Below are positions 49,693-63,507 of a stretch of 64,000 nucleotides of DNA, piece after piece (position 1 is the first letter of the stretch; each line of letters begins with the position of its first letter). The notes beneath the pieces were generated by a model, which was not told the DNA's origin, did not search any database, and saw only the letters and a list, made by a program, of their open reading frames with translations. The position numbers were made by a program, and so were the translations under genes. Source of the DNA: Eledone cirrhosa (Eukaryota); assembly GCA_964016885.1 (NCBI GenBank), contig OZ024745.1, positions 86,986,001 to 87,050,000 on the forward strand. Reading direction: 5' to 3'.

Positions 49693-52640
49693 AGGGATCC
49701 AAAGCTGTTAGCTGGGCCGGAGTGACAGAGGCGAAAAGTGGCAACAAATCCAGAATTCGGTCTTTGCAAGACATGGACAGATTCTACTTGAATCTGCCCT
49801 TCCAGCAGCATTTTGCACAATTGTTCGGGCAAAGCGGTACGTCGGGTGAAATAGAAGATGTCTTAAGCCGCTGCGGGAAACGCAAATCACCCGGTTTAGA
49901 TGGTCTACCCTATGATTTTTACATAAGCATGCCAGACATGTTATCTGGCGTCCTCGAAGCCGTCTACTGCAACTGGCAGCAGAACGGGAGGATTTCCAGT
50001 TCTGTAGGCAGAGGTGTAGTAACGCTGATCAGGAAAGATGAGAACAAGGGGGATCAGATAAGCAATTTCAGGCCCATAACTCTGCTCAACACAGAGTTAA
50101 AGATTTTGGCCAAGGTGTTAGCAACAAGACTGACACTAGTCTTCGAGAACCTGATAGGGGAAGCGCAAACGTGTGCAATCCCGAGCAGGTCCATACACGA
50201 CAACCTCCACCTCATGCGATACATCTTAGAGAGGGTAGGATGTAAACCTGGCTTCGGTGGGCTCTGATCAATTTAGATCAGTCTAAGGCATTTGGTAGGG
50301 TCGACCATCAATACTTGGAAGCGGTTCTCAAGGCGGTCAGCTTCGGTCCCGTTTTCAGAGGCTGGATAGCTGCCATACACACCAGTATCTGCTCGGCAGT
50401 CAAGGTGGATGGTACCTATCGGAGCCATTCGAAATTATGCGTTCCATCCGTCAGGGATGCCCCCTCTCCTCCATTCTGTATGTACTAAATCTCGAGCCAT
50501 TACTGCGGAAGTTGGAGTTATAGCAGGGCATCCCGATCGAACCAGGACTGCGGAAAGCAGCATCGGCCTATGCCGACGACGATATAACCTTAATGGTGTC
50601 GAACACCTCGGAAATCGGGGTAATCGGCAACCTATTACAGGAATACGAAATGTTGACAGGAGCAAGACTAAACCCAAACAAGTCTGTCGGTTTGCAACTC
50701 GGCACATGGAGAGGCAAACCCATACCTTCCGACAGTGTCGTTGGACTCTGGACGGAAGGGCCGGTGAAATTACTCGGGGTCTGGTCTGGTCCAGACCTCC
50801 AGGTGGACAAGAACTGGAACGAGGTCATGGCGAAGGTGTTTACACTCATCCAGAAGGGGGCTGAGTGCAAACTCTCACTGAATGGTCGAGCGGAGATGGC
50901 GGACACTTACATAGCTCCGTCATCTACTACCGCTTGACAGTCGTGCCTTGTCCCCGCGAATACCTCACCAAAATGGAACGCCTACTCTTCAAGTTCCTCT
51001 GGAAGAAACAGGCTCCATTGGTGAGGAGCTCCATCTGCTGTCAACACCCTTCTAACGGAGGGCTGGGTATGCCGTGGCTGATGATGTGCAAACACGCGCT
51101 AAGGCTACGCCATCTCCAGGTATTCCTGACCGGTGAACCGGTGTGGCTGTCGTTTGTGAGACAAGCTCTTCCACAACTCGTCTCACTAACAGAGCTGCAG
51201 TCCTGGGTCAAGCGAAGACCGAAAATGGGTGCCTGGCACCTCGAGTGCTTTCAGGCGCTCACAGCTCTCGACCAAGCGGAAACGGCAATCAGCGGAGACT
51301 CCTCTTCGACATTCTATAGGGGATTAGTGGAGGATAAGTGCGACGACGTTCTCGGGGAAACTCTGGGCACCGAGGAGGACGAACTGACCAGTCTGTTCGG
51401 GAAGACTTTGTGTCCAGGGCCTTTGGATAACTTCCAGAGGTCTCTGGCCTGGCAGTGCTACCGAGGAGCTCTACCAGTTCTAGACAAAATCTACAGGCAC
51501 GGACGCCCTGGCAGAGATCCTGCCAAAAGGACCTGTCCAAGATGCGAGCAGGACATCGAAACCGTTCTGTACACAATTGTTCAGTGCCCAGGGGTGACCG
51601 ACCTGTGGAATTATGTTGAACAGCTACTGTCACGTGTGGGACGCATCCAGTTGTCAGCCGAGTCCATCATGAGGATCAATCCGCCCTCTTCATTTAAGAA
51701 TGAAGGAGAGGCGGTTTTCCTCTGTTTGGTGTCTAGGGCGAAAGATGTTATATGGTGGACGAGCTTAAAAGGACTGAGGGCAAACACCTTTCTCTCCGGA
51801 CAATAACTTATCCCCTTCTTTAAGTACCACTTCAGAAGGAAGGTGAGAGTGGAGAGAGAAGTGCTACACGCCAGTAAATTAGCTGAAAGGTCGGTGAATG
51901 TGGCGAAAATGGCCCGAGAGAATGGGCCTTCTCTGTATATAAACCTGCAAGTTGAGGAAGATAAACAGAGGGAAGACGGGAACACCTACAAAACGTGTTC
52001 CTGGTGTTGAGGGTTGTTCTATCCACGGGGTGTAAAACTACCCTGCAGTAACTTTCCCCCCTATTGGGGATTTCAATTTTTATTTTATTATATACGAGAA
52101 CAAAAGTTACTATTTTACAGCTTAGTATTGTAGAAAACTGACTGTTTTCAAACTTTATACATGTAATACTTATGTTTCGAATTTCAAATTTTCAATGCCC
52201 TAGGGACCGCATTAGGCGATTTAGCGATCTCTCTCCGTAATGCAGACAGTCAGACATACAGACAGATATTATAAGGGCCGACGTTATATGTATGTATCTA
52301 TCTAAAAAGAGAAAGACTAAGAATTATAGAGAGAGATCGCTAAATCCCCTAATGCGGACCCTAGGGCATTGAAAATTTGAAATTTCTTTTGCTCAGAACA
52401 CTCCCTGAAACATAAGTATTACATGTGTAAAGTCTGAAAACAGTCGGTTGGGTGCTTCTTGAGGTTTAGGGATTCAAACTCACACACACACAGACAGACA
52501 TCCTCAGTTTTATATATATAATAATATAGTTTATTGTTATTTATTAATGTTAAAGTTATATGATTTTTATGTAAAACCCCCGCCGTCACGTCTTGTAATG
52601 TCCCATTTTTGTACGCCCCTGTGGCAAATAAAGAAAGGTA
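49693..52640 (+). pseudogene. Tx1-like unit E10 (family D): 5'-truncated ORF2, 3' UTR interrupted
   Basis: KSPGLDG, FRPITLLN, YADD, CPRC; stops and frameshifts; 3' end GTGGCAAATAAAG followed by a degenerate (CTAT/CTGT)n tail. Confidence 0.9.
52088..52530 (-). mobile_element. Insertion in E10 3' UTR, possibly a non-autonomous Helitron-like element with internal inversion
   Basis: Minus-strand end TATATATAAAACTGAGGATGTCTGTCTG matches TCTATATATATAAAACTGAGGTTGTCTGTCTG at ~62558; inverted segments ~52140-52235 / 52329-52446; boundaries approximate. Confidence 0.45.
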
Positions 52641-52849
52641 TCTATCTATCTATATACCTGTCTGTCTATCTATCTGTCTGTCTGTCTATCTATCTGTCTG
52701 TCTATCTGTCTGTCTGTTTGTCTACCTGTCTATCCATCTCTCTCACTACAACACATAATTCAATCCAAAATTGACATTTGACTGATCGTTGTAGTAGTAG
52801 TAGGTGTTGTTTGACTATTAACATTTCAATTCAGTTTAATTTCAATTTA

Positions 52850-52892
52850 ACATGTTTGCTGTAGTAGTAGTAGCAGCAGCAGCAGCAGTAAC

Positions 52893-52937
<45 letters not shown>

Positions 52938-53352
52938 TGTTGTTGTTGCTGTAGTTGTAGTAGTAGTTGTTGTTGCTATCGTAGTTGATGTAGTTGTTGT
53001 TGTTGCAGTTGTAGTAGTAGTTCTTGTTGTTGCAGTGGTAGTAGTAGTTGTTGTTGTTGTTCTTGCTGTTGCTACCATTGCTGCTACTACTGCCACTATT
53101 GGTGCAACTATTATTGTAGTTCTCGGTACACAATTGGTGGCTTTGATACTACATATATAGCGTTGTGATCAACATCATCAACATCAACATCTACATCCTT
53201 TTAATCATCATCACCATAATCATCATCATCACCATAATCAACATCATTATCATCACCACCATAATCATCATCATCACCATCATCATTATCGTCATCACCA
53301 CCATAATAATAATAATAATCATCATCATCATGAACATCATCATCTCTCTGTT

Positions 53353-53401
<49 letters not shown>

Positions 53402-53568
53402 GTCTCTCTCTCTCTCTCTCTATATATATATAGCTTTGTGCGTACATATATACATACGAATGTATGTATATGTATATGTGTGTGTATATATACATGTATA
53501 TATAGACATGTATGCCTATGTCTGTGTACACAGACACACACACATACATAAATGTATATATGTATAGG

Positions 53569-53617
<49 letters not shown>

Positions 53618-53625
53618 ATACCTAT
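52850..53625. repeat. Compound microsatellite block (GTA/GTT)n, (CAT)n, (CT)n, (TA/CA)n
   Basis: Direct inspection. Confidence 0.95.
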
Positions 53626-54052
53626 ATACGTACGTCCGTTTGCACATGTTAAAAAAATAAATAAGTTTAAATATCTTACAAGTTGATATTAAAATAAGAC
53701 AAATCTTTTCGTCGTGCTTTTAGATTAGCCAAAGGTGAATTACACATTGCTATATCATCGCCAAGTAATTATCTTGGCTCTAGAAGGTACACACAGTGAA
53801 GGAGCTTTAAAACCTGGTACTGATGGGTTTGTGTATTTTTGTTATTGGGATATCGGGTTCTTTTGTCTTATAATTGTTTTACTATATTAATAATTTAATA
53901 CTTTGTTTCAATGTTAATTCATGTTTAAAGATTTTCTTTGATTTATCTATAATCTATAATCCTTGAGGCTAGTCTATTACATATACACATACACATACAA
54001 ATACACACATATATATGTTTGAATATGTGTGTGCGTGAATATACATATACAT

Positions 54053-54140
<88 letters not shown>

Positions 54141-54146
<6 letters not shown>

Positions 54147-54380
54147 TATGAAGAGAGAAGATTGGGATTCTTTCTCACGTCGTGTAGACGCGTTCTTGAG
54201 ACTAGTAAAATGAGGTATCCTCTTGATAAGTCGGCAGACCTCGCAAGGACTCTATATCTTTGATATATTGTTTTTGTTTATGCCACGAAACTACGTAGTC
54301 GAGGAATTTAGGAACAGTTTAGGTATGATACATTTTATTACTAATTATATCTAAATGTTTCTTCTCTCTTCATAATGTAT
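54141..54380 (+). repeat. Short element with 21-bp terminal inverted repeats and a degenerate hammerhead
   Basis: ATACATTATGAAGAGAGAAGA 54141-54161 / 54360-54380; tcctc-TTGATAA-gtcggca..tgccac-GAAA-ctacgtag-TC-gagga at 54218-54305. Confidence 0.55.
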
Positions 54381-54614
54381 TTTTAACTCTGATACTGGTT
54401 CAGTCTGGTTCAAACTGAATTGGTCTGTCCCAGTCATTCATTGAGCAACATCGGTGAAGTTGGCACCCTTAACTCACAGTTGGGTGCGGATGCATTCATG
54501 TATATATGTGTGTGTCCGCATGTATCTGTGTGTTTCTAAATATATTATATATATATATATATATATATACAAAGACCAAAATCCAAAGAGGACTCGATAA
54601 GCTTTGTGTGTTTT

Positions 54615-54656
<42 letters not shown>

Positions 54657-54659
<3 letters not shown>

Positions 54660-55070
54660 AAAAAATGAAATTTCATTTCTCACTCTTAGTACGGCTGATA
54701 CTTAAATATAAGCATTATACGTACATACATATATGTATACAGACGTACAGTAGTATGTATATACATACATACGTGCACAGATATATATATATATGTACGT
54801 ATGGGTTGACCGAACATTTATTATAATGCTCGGTTTGTTTGTAAACAAACAGCCCGAATTATTAGCTGTACATCGTTGCCATTTTGTTCAACACTGACAA
54901 AGGAACGATGAACTAGTTTCTAGCTTATTAGCTGTCATCAGCACCGTATACCTTCCTGTCAGATGATTGAACGTTTGAAAGTATATACTTTCCTCATGCA
55001 TATTAACGGCTGAGTAGCCTAATTTGCATATCGAGTGAGTTAGTCGGCCTGGCGTATCGAAAACGATATA
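54657..55070 (-). repeat. Single unit of the hammerhead-bearing repeat
   Basis: Homologous to 4760-5185; minus-strand cggtg-CTGATGA..GAAA-ctag-TT-catcg at 54906-54946. Confidence 0.75.
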
Positions 55071-55345
55071 TGTAAGCGGACGGTACTTGATTTAGGAGCC
55101 GCAGAAACCCATATACTGGATTTTACCAACTTTCCAGGGGCCCGGGTAAATTTTCAATACCCGAATTACTTGATCGTTTTTTTTTTGGCTATGCGAATGA
55201 TTGTTTAACCATCGTCTCAGTGTTTGGCCTTTAACGTTTGTTATAGCTCTGGTTCTTCTGAATCATTGAGCACTTGCCGCACATCTCGGAGGTTGTTTTT
55301 CGTTATTTCGTGGGCCGAAATGCGAATCTCGATAATTTATGTTTG

Positions 55346-55397
<52 letters not shown>

Positions 55398-55956
55398 GAG
55401 CAAATATTTATTATTAGTACAAATTAAAGGTTTAAACAAAATATTTCCACTTTCAGATAATCTCGCCTAACTAAGCAGAGACATTTTGCTTAAAATTTTA
55501 ATCTATATAATAATATATATATTCGTTAAAGATTATTATAGAAAAAAAACATTTAATGGACTTAGGGACGTTTCACTAGGCTAATAGAAATGAAGAGTTC
55601 ATTACCGTAAGAATAACTCATCAAGGTCGATCAGATACAAATAATTTACCTCACATGCTTTAATATAACAGTGGGAGAAATAAGCGACTCTGACGAGCTA
55701 TTCTTATTGGAATGAAGTCTTCATTCCTGTTAGTGAAGCGAAACGTTCGTAAATCCATTAAATGTTTTAATTATAATCCTTGTCTAATCTTTCGTTTTTA
55801 TATATTTGCTCTGCGAAATCATAACCCTACCGTGATTCGAATTTTACCTTTTGAATTAAATTTGGGACTGTTTAATGTCCATCCTATGGAATATAAAATC
55901 ATAGTGAGATTGAAATTTTCTTTGCCATATGTACCGTTGTATTATCAACTCATTCG

Positions 55957-56028
<72 letters not shown>

Positions 56029-56647
56029 CTCTTAATTTCTTCATAATATGCTTTAGGTAATATTTTTAATATTTTGCTTTTAGCTTAACTTTTCAAGTGA
56101 ATACATCGATGTAAAAAATATATATGTATGTATGTATGTACGCATGGGTGTGTATGTGTGTGTGTGTGTATGTGGGTGGGTGTATGTGTGTGTGTGTATG
56201 TGTGTGTGTGTTTCTGCATTATTAACCCTACTTGCCTAAACAGAATTTGGAATGTGTTTGTCTTTTCCAAAGACATTATTGGTCTAATTATACAGATATA
56301 ATAATTTCATCACACTAGAGTCATTTTATAAACAGATACACCATTATACACTATTTTATATTACTTTTTAATAATATATATTTTCAAGTATTAATGTCTT
56401 TCGTTGCACACCTATAACCTGTTCACTGATATTATAATCAACTCTAATGTACATGCTTCTCTCATAAAGATAGTGAATGGCTAAATCTACAGAGTACTGG
56501 GTCAAATATTTCCAGGATTTAATTACATATCTTTCCGTTAGTTTTTCATATTGGGGTCAATGTATTCGACTATATCATCCCCTCAGCTTAAGTCACAAAT
56601 TATTATTAATATAATAAAAAATATTATTATTTTTATGGAATCAATGA

Positions 56648-57207
56648 TGGATTGGCAGGCTCGGTATGAAACTATTATTATTTTTTCATTGGCAGTATCG
56701 GTAGAGGGTCGGACGCCATGCTTTGACACATAAAGTTACGCCCCTTGCCATTCTGAGTTCAAATCCCACCGAGGTTAACTTTGCCTTTCATCCTTATGGG
56801 GTCGATAAAATAAAGTACCACTAATGTACTGAGTATTTGTGCCAAAAGTAGAAACAACTATTTAACGTGTCGTGGATTGGCAGTATCGGTAGAGGGTCGG
56901 ACGCCATGCTTTCCAGCATAGTTACGTCCCTTTACGATCTGAGTTCAAATCCCGCCGAGGTTGACTTTGCCTTTCATCCTTACGGGGTCGATAAAATAAA
57001 ATACCAGTAATGCACTGGGTAATTGCTGGCCTTGTGCCTAAAGTAGAAACAATTTTTTCATATCCCGCCGAGATTAACTTTACCTATCATCCTTACGGGG
57101 TCGATAAAAGAAAGTACCAGTAACGTACTGGGTCGATTTAATCGACCTCCGCCCACCCACTCTCTAAAACAATGGTTGGCTTTATGCCTAAATCATTAAC
57201 CATTATT
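56648..57207 (+). mobile_element. Cluster of three tandem tRNA-derived SINE copies
   Basis: Copies at ~56688-56860, 56873-57053 and a 3' half at 57062-57207. Confidence 0.85.
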
Positions 57208-57546
57208 TTATAGAATTGTTAGTCTCATGAGCCTTAGGTTCTTAGGAGACGGTAAACACTTCGCCCTTCATTAAGAGTATTTAAGTCACGTCAACATCGT
57301 TGAACTTGTTCCCCTACTTTTATTTATCGGTGGGCGAATGCTGACAATTAATTTAATAATCTCATAAATATCTCATTAATTACAATACTAAAATATATTC
57401 TATATTGTATCTACATACAACTAGACTGATTTGGTTCGTTATAAGATTAATAGAAGTTTATTTAAGATTGATCACAGACAAGCGAAACCTTTCAATCAAT
57501 TCAGACATTCTTACCATATATGGAAATGCAGCCATTTTGCAATACC

Positions 57547-57819
57547 TTCTTCTTCTTCTTCTTCTTCTTCTTCTTCTTCTTCTTCTTCTTCTTCTTCTTC
57601 TTCTTCTTCTTCTTCTTCTTCTTCCCGAGAGGGTCGTGGGAAGCAGAGGCCTCGAACAATCTTTCCAGTAGGTCCTTTCAGAAACAACCGATCCGGCAGG
57701 ATTCCCAAGCAAGACCAGCCAAGCTGATGGACGTTACCCAACCAGCTTGCTCGGGGTCTACCTCTGGGTTTCCTACCATTTGGTTTTGCCCGTAAAATCT
57801 GTCCAGCTATCTGATCTGT
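57547..57819 (-). mobile_element. 5'-truncated RTE-like LINE 3' end with (GAA)n tail
   Basis: Minus-strand GRKPRGRPRASW motif typical of RTE C-termini; (TTC)n 57547-57624; TSD AATACC at 57541-57546 and 57820-57825; older copy at ~59245-59530. Confidence 0.7.
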
Positions 57820-58856
57820 AATACCAACCACTAAATATAAAATCAGTCGTGCTGGTTAGAGACAGTGTACATAGCCAAGTTAATGCCCAGAGCCCATTAC
57901 ATTCTCTCCATCCCCCTTATTTTCTTCTGTGGCCCTAGAGTCCTTGTTTTTTCCCCTCCTTTTCCTCCCACCTAAGGCTTTTATAGTCATTTCCTTTACG
58001 TTCCCATACAGATAGATCTGCCCTCCTTTACCCCTTCCCGATTTGTAATGTTATTTATACAATTGTAAATGAAACCAAAGAATCAGCCGAGAAATTGGTT
58101 ATTTGGTTTGAATGTGATACAGTTGACCAAAAGGAGTTACGTAACCCTCAACCACTGCATTCAATAAGTAACAGAATAGTTTATTTCACTACATGACTCA
58201 GCACCAGCACTGCAAAATTGACAAGAGTGTTACCATTAGTTTCGGCGTTCAAACGGTCTTCGCAGTAATAACCTCTCAAGTGTATTCCCTTCTCGAATCA
58301 CCCAATGAATCACCTAACTCTTTATTGTTGCATATCTAAAATATTTAAAGGACAGCTCTCACTGTGAGAAGTCGGCGTTAATATCGTAACCAGTATTTTA
58401 CACTGGATACGCTTTAAACTAAAGCGGTCATTTCTCAGATTCACTTAATAAACCTGCTAATACCAAGGTGCATAATTATCCTATTTAAGACAAATCGACC
58501 ATATTGATTCTATTCAATTAGATTAAAACAAATCAACCCAATTTCGTAAGTGATAAATTATAGTAATGTGACAGAAGTCTGTCGCGGCACTTCAAACGAC
58601 TTTCTTGGTTACCTTCTAGATTCTAAGTGTTCTTATATAACATTCTAACACCTCTGTCTGGTTCTCCTACAGAAATATAATTAATATAAATTTTTATTTT
58701 ATTTGGTCACTCTTTTTTATAATGAAACGCTATAGTATCACACTTCAGTGTATTATTGGTGTAACAGAATAGTTTATTTCGCTACATTACTCAGCACCAG
58801 CACTGCTAAATTGACAAATGTGTTACCATTAGTTTCGGAGTTCAAACATTCTTGTA

Positions 58857-59048
58857 GGGCGGTGGATTGGCAGTATCGGTAGAGGGTCTGACACCATGCT
58901 TTGCAGCAAAGAGTTACGGCCCTTTATGGTCTAAGCTCAAATCCCGCTGAGGTTAACTTTGCCTTTCATCCTTACGGGGTCGATAAAATAAAGTACTAGT
59001 AATACACTGGAGTAATTACTGCCCTTGTACCAAAAGTAGAAACAATTA
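58857..59048 (+). mobile_element. tRNA-derived SINE
   Basis: GGGCGGTGGATTGGCAGTATCGG...CAAAAGTAGAAACAATTA. Confidence 0.85.
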
Positions 59049-59601
59049 TTGATGTATATTTTATCGATTTTTGAGGGAGTGAAAATAAAAAATTTGAATT
59101 TAATTTGAACGTTGAGATCGAGAGTAAGACTAGAGGGCAATTTAACTATAAACTCATCTGCTATTTCTGCCACTTAAATCATGCAATTTTATATGAGCTT
59201 ATTTTATTCAAATACAAGGCCTAACTTTATGTTGCAAATGATATACTTCTTTGCCTCCTTATTCCTGAGAGGGTCATACGGGCAGAGTCCTCAAAAACTC
59301 CTTCCTTTCAGAAGCAACCGTCTCCAACTGATCCGGCTGATCCAAACGAGACCAGCCGATCTCATGGATGTTACCCAACTATCTTAATCGGGGTCTACTC
59401 CCTACTCCCGGGTCTCCTACCTGTTGGTTTTGCACATAAAATCTGTCCAGCGATACTTTCCTCAGACATTCTAACCCCATGGGAATATCTTTCAGATGTA
59501 GAGTATACACTGGGCCAGGCAGTTTGACTAGCATGGATATATGTGTATTTATTTATATTCATATGCGTGTGTGTGTGTCTGAATGTGTGTGTGAGTATGT
59601 A

Positions 59602-59675
<74 letters not shown>

Positions 59676-59959
59676 CTGACCAAACTAGATCTTACTTTGA
59701 AAACTACCATTAAATTAATTTGTATCACATTGCTGCACATCCACCTTGCTCTATTAAAATAAACAAAAAGCGTGTTTTTAATTCCTAGATATCTATACGT
59801 GCATACTCACGCAACTGCACACACTGGCACACACATACACACACACACACTGGCACACACACAGAAATACACACACACACTGGCAAACACACACACACAC
59901 ACTGGCACACATATATATAGAGAGAGACAGAAGATGTATATATATATATATATATAAAT

Positions 59960-59992
<33 letters not shown>

Positions 59993-60564
59993 CACATAGA
60001 CAGATAGATGTATATATATATAATCGTGTGTGTGTATGAGCGTGAATGTGCGAGTGTTTATGTGTATGTGCATGTATATGTGTATATGTGGATACCCAGA
60101 TATTTAAACTGCTTAAAAATATGTCAAAATATGTTTGTTATTTCTTCATCAGGTCATAACTCGATCAGAAATTAGCCACCATTTTACTGCCTCGATCGGA
60201 GAAGTCCTCCTTGGAGATATATCTGTAGGTGAATTTCATCTACTTTAACTTCCTTCATCTTAGAATAACATGGACGTGAAGTAAGTCTCGCTTTTTAATT
60301 AAATATACTTACAACACATACACATAAATATATATATAAACATACACATTCACGTTTATATAGTACATTTATGTAAATATATATACACATATTTATATAT
60401 GTGTACTCATACATATTTATATATATGTACACACACGTACACACACACACACACACACACACAGAGAGAGAGACACACACAATAGCTTTCACCGTATTTT
60501 TGACTAAAGGAATTTTAGCCTGATAAATGGAATTTTAGCCAGATAAATGGAAAAAGATGAGTAT

Positions 60565-60635
60565 TGACGTACATGGGAGTCGAACCCACATTTTTGGTTA
60601 TCGCGACCACTGTGCTACCTTTACACCAACACATC
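60565..60635 (-). pseudogene. tRNA-like cloverleaf (non-canonical anticodon loop) inside a fold-back repeat
   Basis: GATGTGT/GTACGTC acceptor, GTGT/GCAC D stem, TGGT/ACCA anticodon stem with loop CGCGATA, GTGGG-TTCGACT-CCCAT T arm. Confidence 0.55.
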
Positions 60636-60802
60636 ACCCATGTACATCAATACTCATCTTTTTCCATTTATCTGAGGGTTCTAAACCCCATTATCAGGCT
60701 AAAATTCCTTTAGTCAAAAATACGGTGAAAGCTATTCTATTTTCTAATTTCAAACCTGCTCACTGTTTCAAAACATACTTACTTGATATATATATATATA
60801 TA

Positions 60803-60993
60803 CACTATGAAATTCCATTATAACGAAATTCACGGGGTATATAAAAAAAATTCGTTATAACGAAGAATTCTCTATAATGAGATCGACCGTAACAAATCGA
60901 GCGTTAGTTTGTTATTACCTAGGACATTGAAGACAATTTCGTTATACTGAAAAATTCGTTATAATCGTATCCTTTATCACGGAATTTTACCTG
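60803..60993. mobile_element. MITE, Tc1/mariner-pogo-like
   Basis: Imperfect TIRs CACTATGAAATTCCATTATAA / TTATCACGGAATTTTACCTG, internal TTCGTTATA repeats, TA flanks. Confidence 0.55.
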
Positions 60994-61048
<55 letters not shown>

Positions 61049-61304
61049 CGAATATAGAAAAGTAACACACGAGTTGATATATATGAAGACAAATATTAGA
61101 AAGGAAAAAATAATTTTTCAGTAGAAAATGCTGAAGGGATTTTTTCAGTGCAATATTAAAATATTTATTTATTTATAAAGAGGATATATATATATATATA
61201 TATATAATTACACACACACGCGTAGAGAGTAAGAGAAAAAGAGAGCAAATGGGAAAGACAAGCAAGAATATATGTACCTCTCAGGTACATATATTGCGTG
61301 CGTG

Positions 61305-61343
<39 letters not shown>

Positions 61344-61425
61344 TCTTTATGAATAAATAAATGTTTTGAAACAAAGAATCTCTTCAGCATTTTCTACTGA
61401 AAAATCTTTTTCCTTTCTACTATTT

Positions 61426-61521
<96 letters not shown>

Positions 61522-61734
61522 GTGTGTGTGTGTGTGTGTATGTGTGTGTGCGCGTGTGTGTATGTGTGCAAACATACATACTACATATGTAAAAATGTCA
61601 GAAATCACTTTCCACGACGCAATTTATAATGTTCACAAATTTTACAAACTCTCTCTCTTTAGCAATCTAGTTTATTTTAAATTCCTTTTGGTTTTCCTTT
61701 CCTGCTCATGTTACGCGACAAATGCAATAAACGA

Positions 61735-62050
61735 AATCATTGTTTCTACTTTTGGCACAAGGCCAGCAATTACCCAGTGTGTTACTGGTACTTTATTTTA
61801 TCGACCCCGTAGGGATGAAAGGCAAAGTTAACCTCGGCGGGATTTGAACTCAGAATGGCAATAAACGAAATAATTGTTTCTACTTTTGGCACAAGGCCAG
61901 CAATTACCCAGTGCATTACTGGTACTTTATTTTATCGACCCCGTAAGGATGAAAGGCAAAGTTAACCTCGGCGGGATTTGAACTCAGAATGGCAAGGGCC
62001 GTAACTCTATACGTCAAAGCATGGCGTCCAACCCTCTACCGATACTGCCA
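61735..62050 (-). mobile_element. tRNA-derived SINE with tandem duplication of its 3' part
   Basis: Reverse-complement SINE at 61868-62050 plus a partial copy at 61735-61860. Confidence 0.85.
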
Positions 62051-62683
62051 CGAAATAATGACATCAGAACAACAACACTACAGTTAAAAATAACATTATA
62101 ATAATAATGTTAATGATGAGAATGTATAAATAATCTGACAAATTTATCGTTTATATAGATATCAATTCTCAATGAATGAGGTAGAAATTGTGAACAACCA
62201 TCTATTTATGTTGTCAATATAAATATTTATATATATGTTATATTTTGGAAGGATAATTTTGCCCGTGACAATATATCTACGCCAATTATAAAGTTTAAAG
62301 ACATGAAAATAATAAGTACCGTGTAAGGAGAGAAAACCAAAGAGCATCCCTATTTCATTATTTTCTTATGTAGGCTTAAAAAGCTATTCAATATTCTAAG
62401 ACATTTTACTATGTACTTATTACAGTCTTTCTTGAAAATATTTAAATTTTATATCACTATATTCTTTTTCCTTTCTCTTTTGCATTTCATTATAAATTTT
62501 AATTTGTCTTTAAATGTCAAGAAATGACACATTGGACAAAAGACGAGATAATATACATCTATATATATAAAACTGAGGTTGTCTGTCTGTCTACTAAAAC
62601 GGTCGGCACACATCTCCTCCTAAACCGGTGAAATTGGTACACTTATAGATGAAGGTCCGGCGGAGACATCGGTCAACACATTT

Positions 62684-63430
62684 TCCGTACAGTGTTCGGC
62701 AACCATCGTCGCCCTTTTGTTGAACAGTGACAAAGGAACGATGAACTAGTTTCAAGCTTATTAGCTATCGTCAGCATCGTATACCTTCCTGTCAGCTGAT
62801 TGAACGTTTGAAAGTATATACTTTCCTTATGCATATTAACGGCTGAGCAGCCTAATTTGCATATCGAGTGAGTGTGTTTGTAAACAAACATCCCGAATAC
62901 TAGGAAAGTATATATTTTCAGACGTTCAATCATCTGGCAGGAAGGTATACGTTGCTGACGATAGCTAATAAGCTTGAAACTAGTACAGCGTTCCTTTGTC
63001 AGTGTTGAACAAATGAGCATGTATGTATATATATATACATACTACCGTCCGTCTGTATACATATATGTATGTACGTATAGATACTTATATTTAAGTAACA
63101 GCCGTACTAAGAGTGAGTACTGAAATTTCGTTTCATTTTTTCCGTTAACCGTTTTCGGTGCGTTCGGCCGATTAACTCACTCGATATGCAAATTAGGCTG
63201 CTCAGCCGTTAATATGCATAAGGAAAGTATATACTTTCAGACGTTCAATCATCTGGCAGGAAGATATACGTTGCTGACGATAGCTAATAAGCTTGAAACT
63301 AGTACAGCGCTCCTTTGTCAGTGTTGAACAAATGAGCAACGATGGTTGCTAGACACTGTACGGCTTAATTCGGGATGTTTGTTTCCAAACACACCGAGCA
63401 TTATAATAAATGTTCGGTCAATCCATACGT

Positions 63431-63507
<77 letters not shown>

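Larger units (their letters stand above)
14237..52745 (+). mobile_element. Head-to-tail array of ~11 L1/Tx1-clade non-LTR retrotransposon units separated by (CTAT)n
   Basis: (CTAT)n at ~14238, 14360, 18991, 21134, 26508, 32424, 38324, 43381, 49336, 49535, 49680, 52640; each tract after the first is preceded by an element 3' end (TGG..AATAAAG or variant). Confidence 0.95.

Noticed and set aside
14237-52745. Telomeric retrotransposon array, piRNA cluster or CRISPR-like interpretation
   Set aside because: Array is interstitial with no telomeric repeats; uniform orientation is explained by the asymmetric target; piRNA status cannot be judged from sequence; no CRISPR repeats or cas genes
58169-58847. 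~85-bp direct repeat pair (58169-58254, 58761-58847)
   Set aside because: Real but uninformative; no TSD, ORF or structural motif identified
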